A DNA stretch of 63,123 bases, the filler included, from Choristocarpus tenellus KU-1152 (Eukaryota; Protista; Phaeophyceae): the NCBI GenBank assembly GCA_964200185.2. It is 11 parts of 11 records of this genome, joined end to end, with 100 filler letters (N's around TTAATTAATTAA, not from the genome) between each part and the next. Parts side by side here need not be neighbours in the genome. Positions count along the whole stretch, not along the records: positions 59,885 to 63,123 come from CAXNAD020021327.1; 10 more parts are not named here. One strand, written 5' to 3'. Position numbers and translations under genes: made by a program. Positions within the stretch are counted from its first letter, which is position 1, and each line of letters opens with the position of its first letter. Shown here in pieces: positions 60,645 to 63,123 of this stretch. The notes under the pieces were generated by a model that saw nothing but the letters and a program-made list of their open reading frames with translations, was not told the origin of the DNA and did no database searches.

Positions 60645-63123
60645 CTCCTCCAAGATTTTGAGGAGTGAAGAACACCTCCGCGAACTGGCCTTCAGTGTGT
60701 GCGGCCATGATCTTCTGGCGCTCGGAGTAGCCCCTGATAACAAGGACATGAACCAAAGAAACGTGTAAAGAAAGGTGTTTCGGTGCGTCATCATTATGAT
60801 GAACGGAAAAGGTAGTAGAATTATGTGCGTCTGTTTTGGTGGTTACTTCTTGGGACTTTGCACTCACTCGTTCAATAAAACAGGGTGGTCTATTCTCTTC
60901 TGCGTGCGGCTGCAAACTTGTGGACAAATGGACTATGCATCCGTGTGGTTACCTGTCACCGCCGTGGGTAGGTGGGTAAAGTGTTGGGAGGGCGTGGGAT
61001 GTCTGGTTCGCCGCGTCTACAGACATGAACACGAAGCCGAGAGGTTTACCGTCGGCTTTGGCCCTCATGCGCTGCTTTACCAGCCGACCCGCTTGGATAA
61101 TCTGGCGAACGGGGGAGAGCAACATCACGTCTATAAATCAAATAAATCTGCTTAGAGGTGTAAAAAATGACCACTTGTTAACACGTACCAGGTACGTGAC
61201 AAAAATCGAGTGTAGATAACAATAAATGTTTGTCTTTGCTCCTATTTTTTACTGCTGCATTCAAGGCAAAGACAGTATTATTGGCACGAGAGCAAGTACG
61301 TACGTACGGGGCCGGAAGACTGCAACGTGACATGTCCCGGCCACAGCCCTTTGTAGACGACCAGGAAACAGTCCATCACACAAGGTGTTTGGGCAACTAA
61401 TAACAACAGTTTGGCGCTGAGTGACGCTACTATGCTGCCATAAGCACCTGCATCGGAGTCTTCATTCGCAAAAGGCAACAGATGTTGTTCCCAATGGAGG
61501 GCAATGACGGCGACATGTTGCTACTGTACGATTGTCGCAAAATTAACGCTGGACACCTACCTTTCGATGATCTGACAGCTCCTTGTGGATGGACTCGAGG
61601 ACGGTGGAGTCATTCGTGGGTTTTACACCAGGCGCACCGTGCCGCTTCTCTTTTAACGTGACACATATGTCACATTTCATAAATTCGCCTCCTACCCTCA
61701 CCCTGATGCTGGGCCTGTCCTCTCTGAGCAATCGGAGAAAGTGCGCCTTGCTTACCCGCTTGGAAGTGTCGTCAGGATACACCGGTATTGCCTCTTTGCA
61801 AAAATCCTTGTATAGCTCCTAATTATTAATGTTGTCTGTGTGGACAAGTGAGGAATTATTGAGAAGGAGCACTCGAAGAACACCGCTGCATGATCTCTCG
61901 AAGGCAGATGACCAATAACTTAACTGACAATACGGAAGACAGGATCAAGCAAGCTTACATCGTGCATAATGAAAGAGCAAATAGAATGATCTTCGTAAAT
62001 CTGCCACAAGCGTCATTCTCTTCGGGTCTCGCCGCCGTTTGCAGAAACGTAAGGGAGGTGAATCTAACATCATCATCATCATCATCGCGAAGTCCTTCCT
62101 TGAGACATACGAAGTACACACTTTTACTACCAAGGTCAGACCGGACCCAGGGCCGCAGAGTAGGTGTACACAGCGGTGATATAACAGTTACTGTGCCTTC
62201 CTCCGTAAAAGCGAGGAAGAGTATCATCATCATTGTAGTCTCGACATTACAAAGAAAATAGTACTTCGTACGAAGCTTCACATTTTCTTTAAACCATAAT
62301 CTCAGACCGGTCAAAGTAATAACCACCCATCACTTGAAATACTCCTTCGATCCACTTTTTCTACGTACTGCTGGGTCACACGGTTTGCAACTAACTCCAA
62401 CACAGGGTGTGGCCAACCTCTCCACAACCAAGGGCAAAACCTACCTCTTTGTTCTCGGCGTAGATCACAATTGCGGTCTTGTGAGGCATGAACTGCCCGT
62501 ACATATCTGCCCAGTAGTCTATCCAGGACATCACCAGGTCTCGCTTCGGAGTCATGTCCTTCTCTTTGTTCATGCCCTTCCTGTTGTAGTAGCACACATA
62601 TGTATATATGGATGGGAAGTGTGTTGGAGGTGGATATAAGGGACGGGGGATGGAATCGTAGAGGAAACATAGACCGGCAGCGGATCTCTAATTCTGTAGG
62701 TATTTACGCATGGTAACTGCAGCAGCAGCGCAAGGACGGCCGGATGAGATGATATTGTTGAAGCAGAAATAAATATATCACACATATACATACACATACT
62801 GTATATGTAACACATAACTCCATGCTGGAGGGATCTCTAACTTTGTATATCAGACGTCTAGGCGTGGTACCTGCAAACTGAATGTGGCAAGTACGATCGG
62901 ATTACATTGTTCCGAGATAGGACTACTGTTCAATCATCAAGCAGGCGAAAATATATACCGGGTACAAATAACGCTGTGTACATACATCAAACCCTCCTCT
63001 CCACGCCGGAGGATGCTCTAGCGTTAGGTGTACTTTTCCAAGCGTTGATGACATGATTGGATATTCGGAACGATGCCTTGAAAAACTGTGTACAAACGGG
63101 AATGCCGGCCGCGAGCATAGATC
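60645..63123 (-). CDS. Intron-split Sola-like / DUF7869-type DDD transposase or transposase-derived gene (partial at both ends)
   Basis: Exons >=63123-~62993 (GIPVCTQFFKASFRISN; join to next exon unresolved), 62580-62445 (SWIDYWADMYGQFMPH..KE), 61818-61561 (ELYKDF..VSKAHFLRLLRED..FMKCDIC..LSDHRK), 61101-60953 (MRAKA..PLGFVFMSVDAANQTSHALP), 60733-60645. The last four are phase-consistent and stop-free. Motif order matches VC..F..IS / W..G..MP / F.KCD.C / H..R.KA..P...IDG.DQ..LP recalled for this family. Confidence 0.72.

Noticed and set aside
8636-63123. Functional gene cluster (channel, USP, transporter, FMO, transposase)
   Set aside because: Each gene lies on a separate contig, so the neighbourhood is artificial.

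Overview
This is eukaryotic, intron-rich DNA and not one locus. Eleven short contigs are concatenated with ten artificial 100-nt linkers (N44-TTAATTAATTAA-N44), so adjacency across a linker carries no information. Gene structure, TTAGGG tracts and the retroelement tails suggest a stramenopile, probably a brown alga (inference). By hand-splicing GT-AG exons I reconstructed partial minus-strand genes for a gelsolin/villin-family protein, RRP7, a TVGYG K+ channel with a degenerate cyclic-nucleotide-binding domain, a USP (C19) deubiquitinase, an MFS sugar/polyol transporter, one FMO-like exon, and an intron-split Sola-like (DUF7869-type) DDD transposase. The rest is transposon-rich: a frameshifted plant-type mariner, decayed LINEs, repeated tails of an RLE-type non-LTR element, and about 16 copies or fragments of two related MITE families. 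The MITEs share a AAAGTATCT terminal core and a subterminal GTCCATTTGGGG box, with 4-bp TSDs in two copies. The most interesting candidate system is this MITE network (including a chimeric copy, a nested copy and a copy whose interior expanded into a ~127-bp satellite with a 3-mer higher-order repeat) together with the intron-rich Sola-like transposase that could mobilise it; that link is inference. All identifications come from motif recognition by eye, with no database searches.
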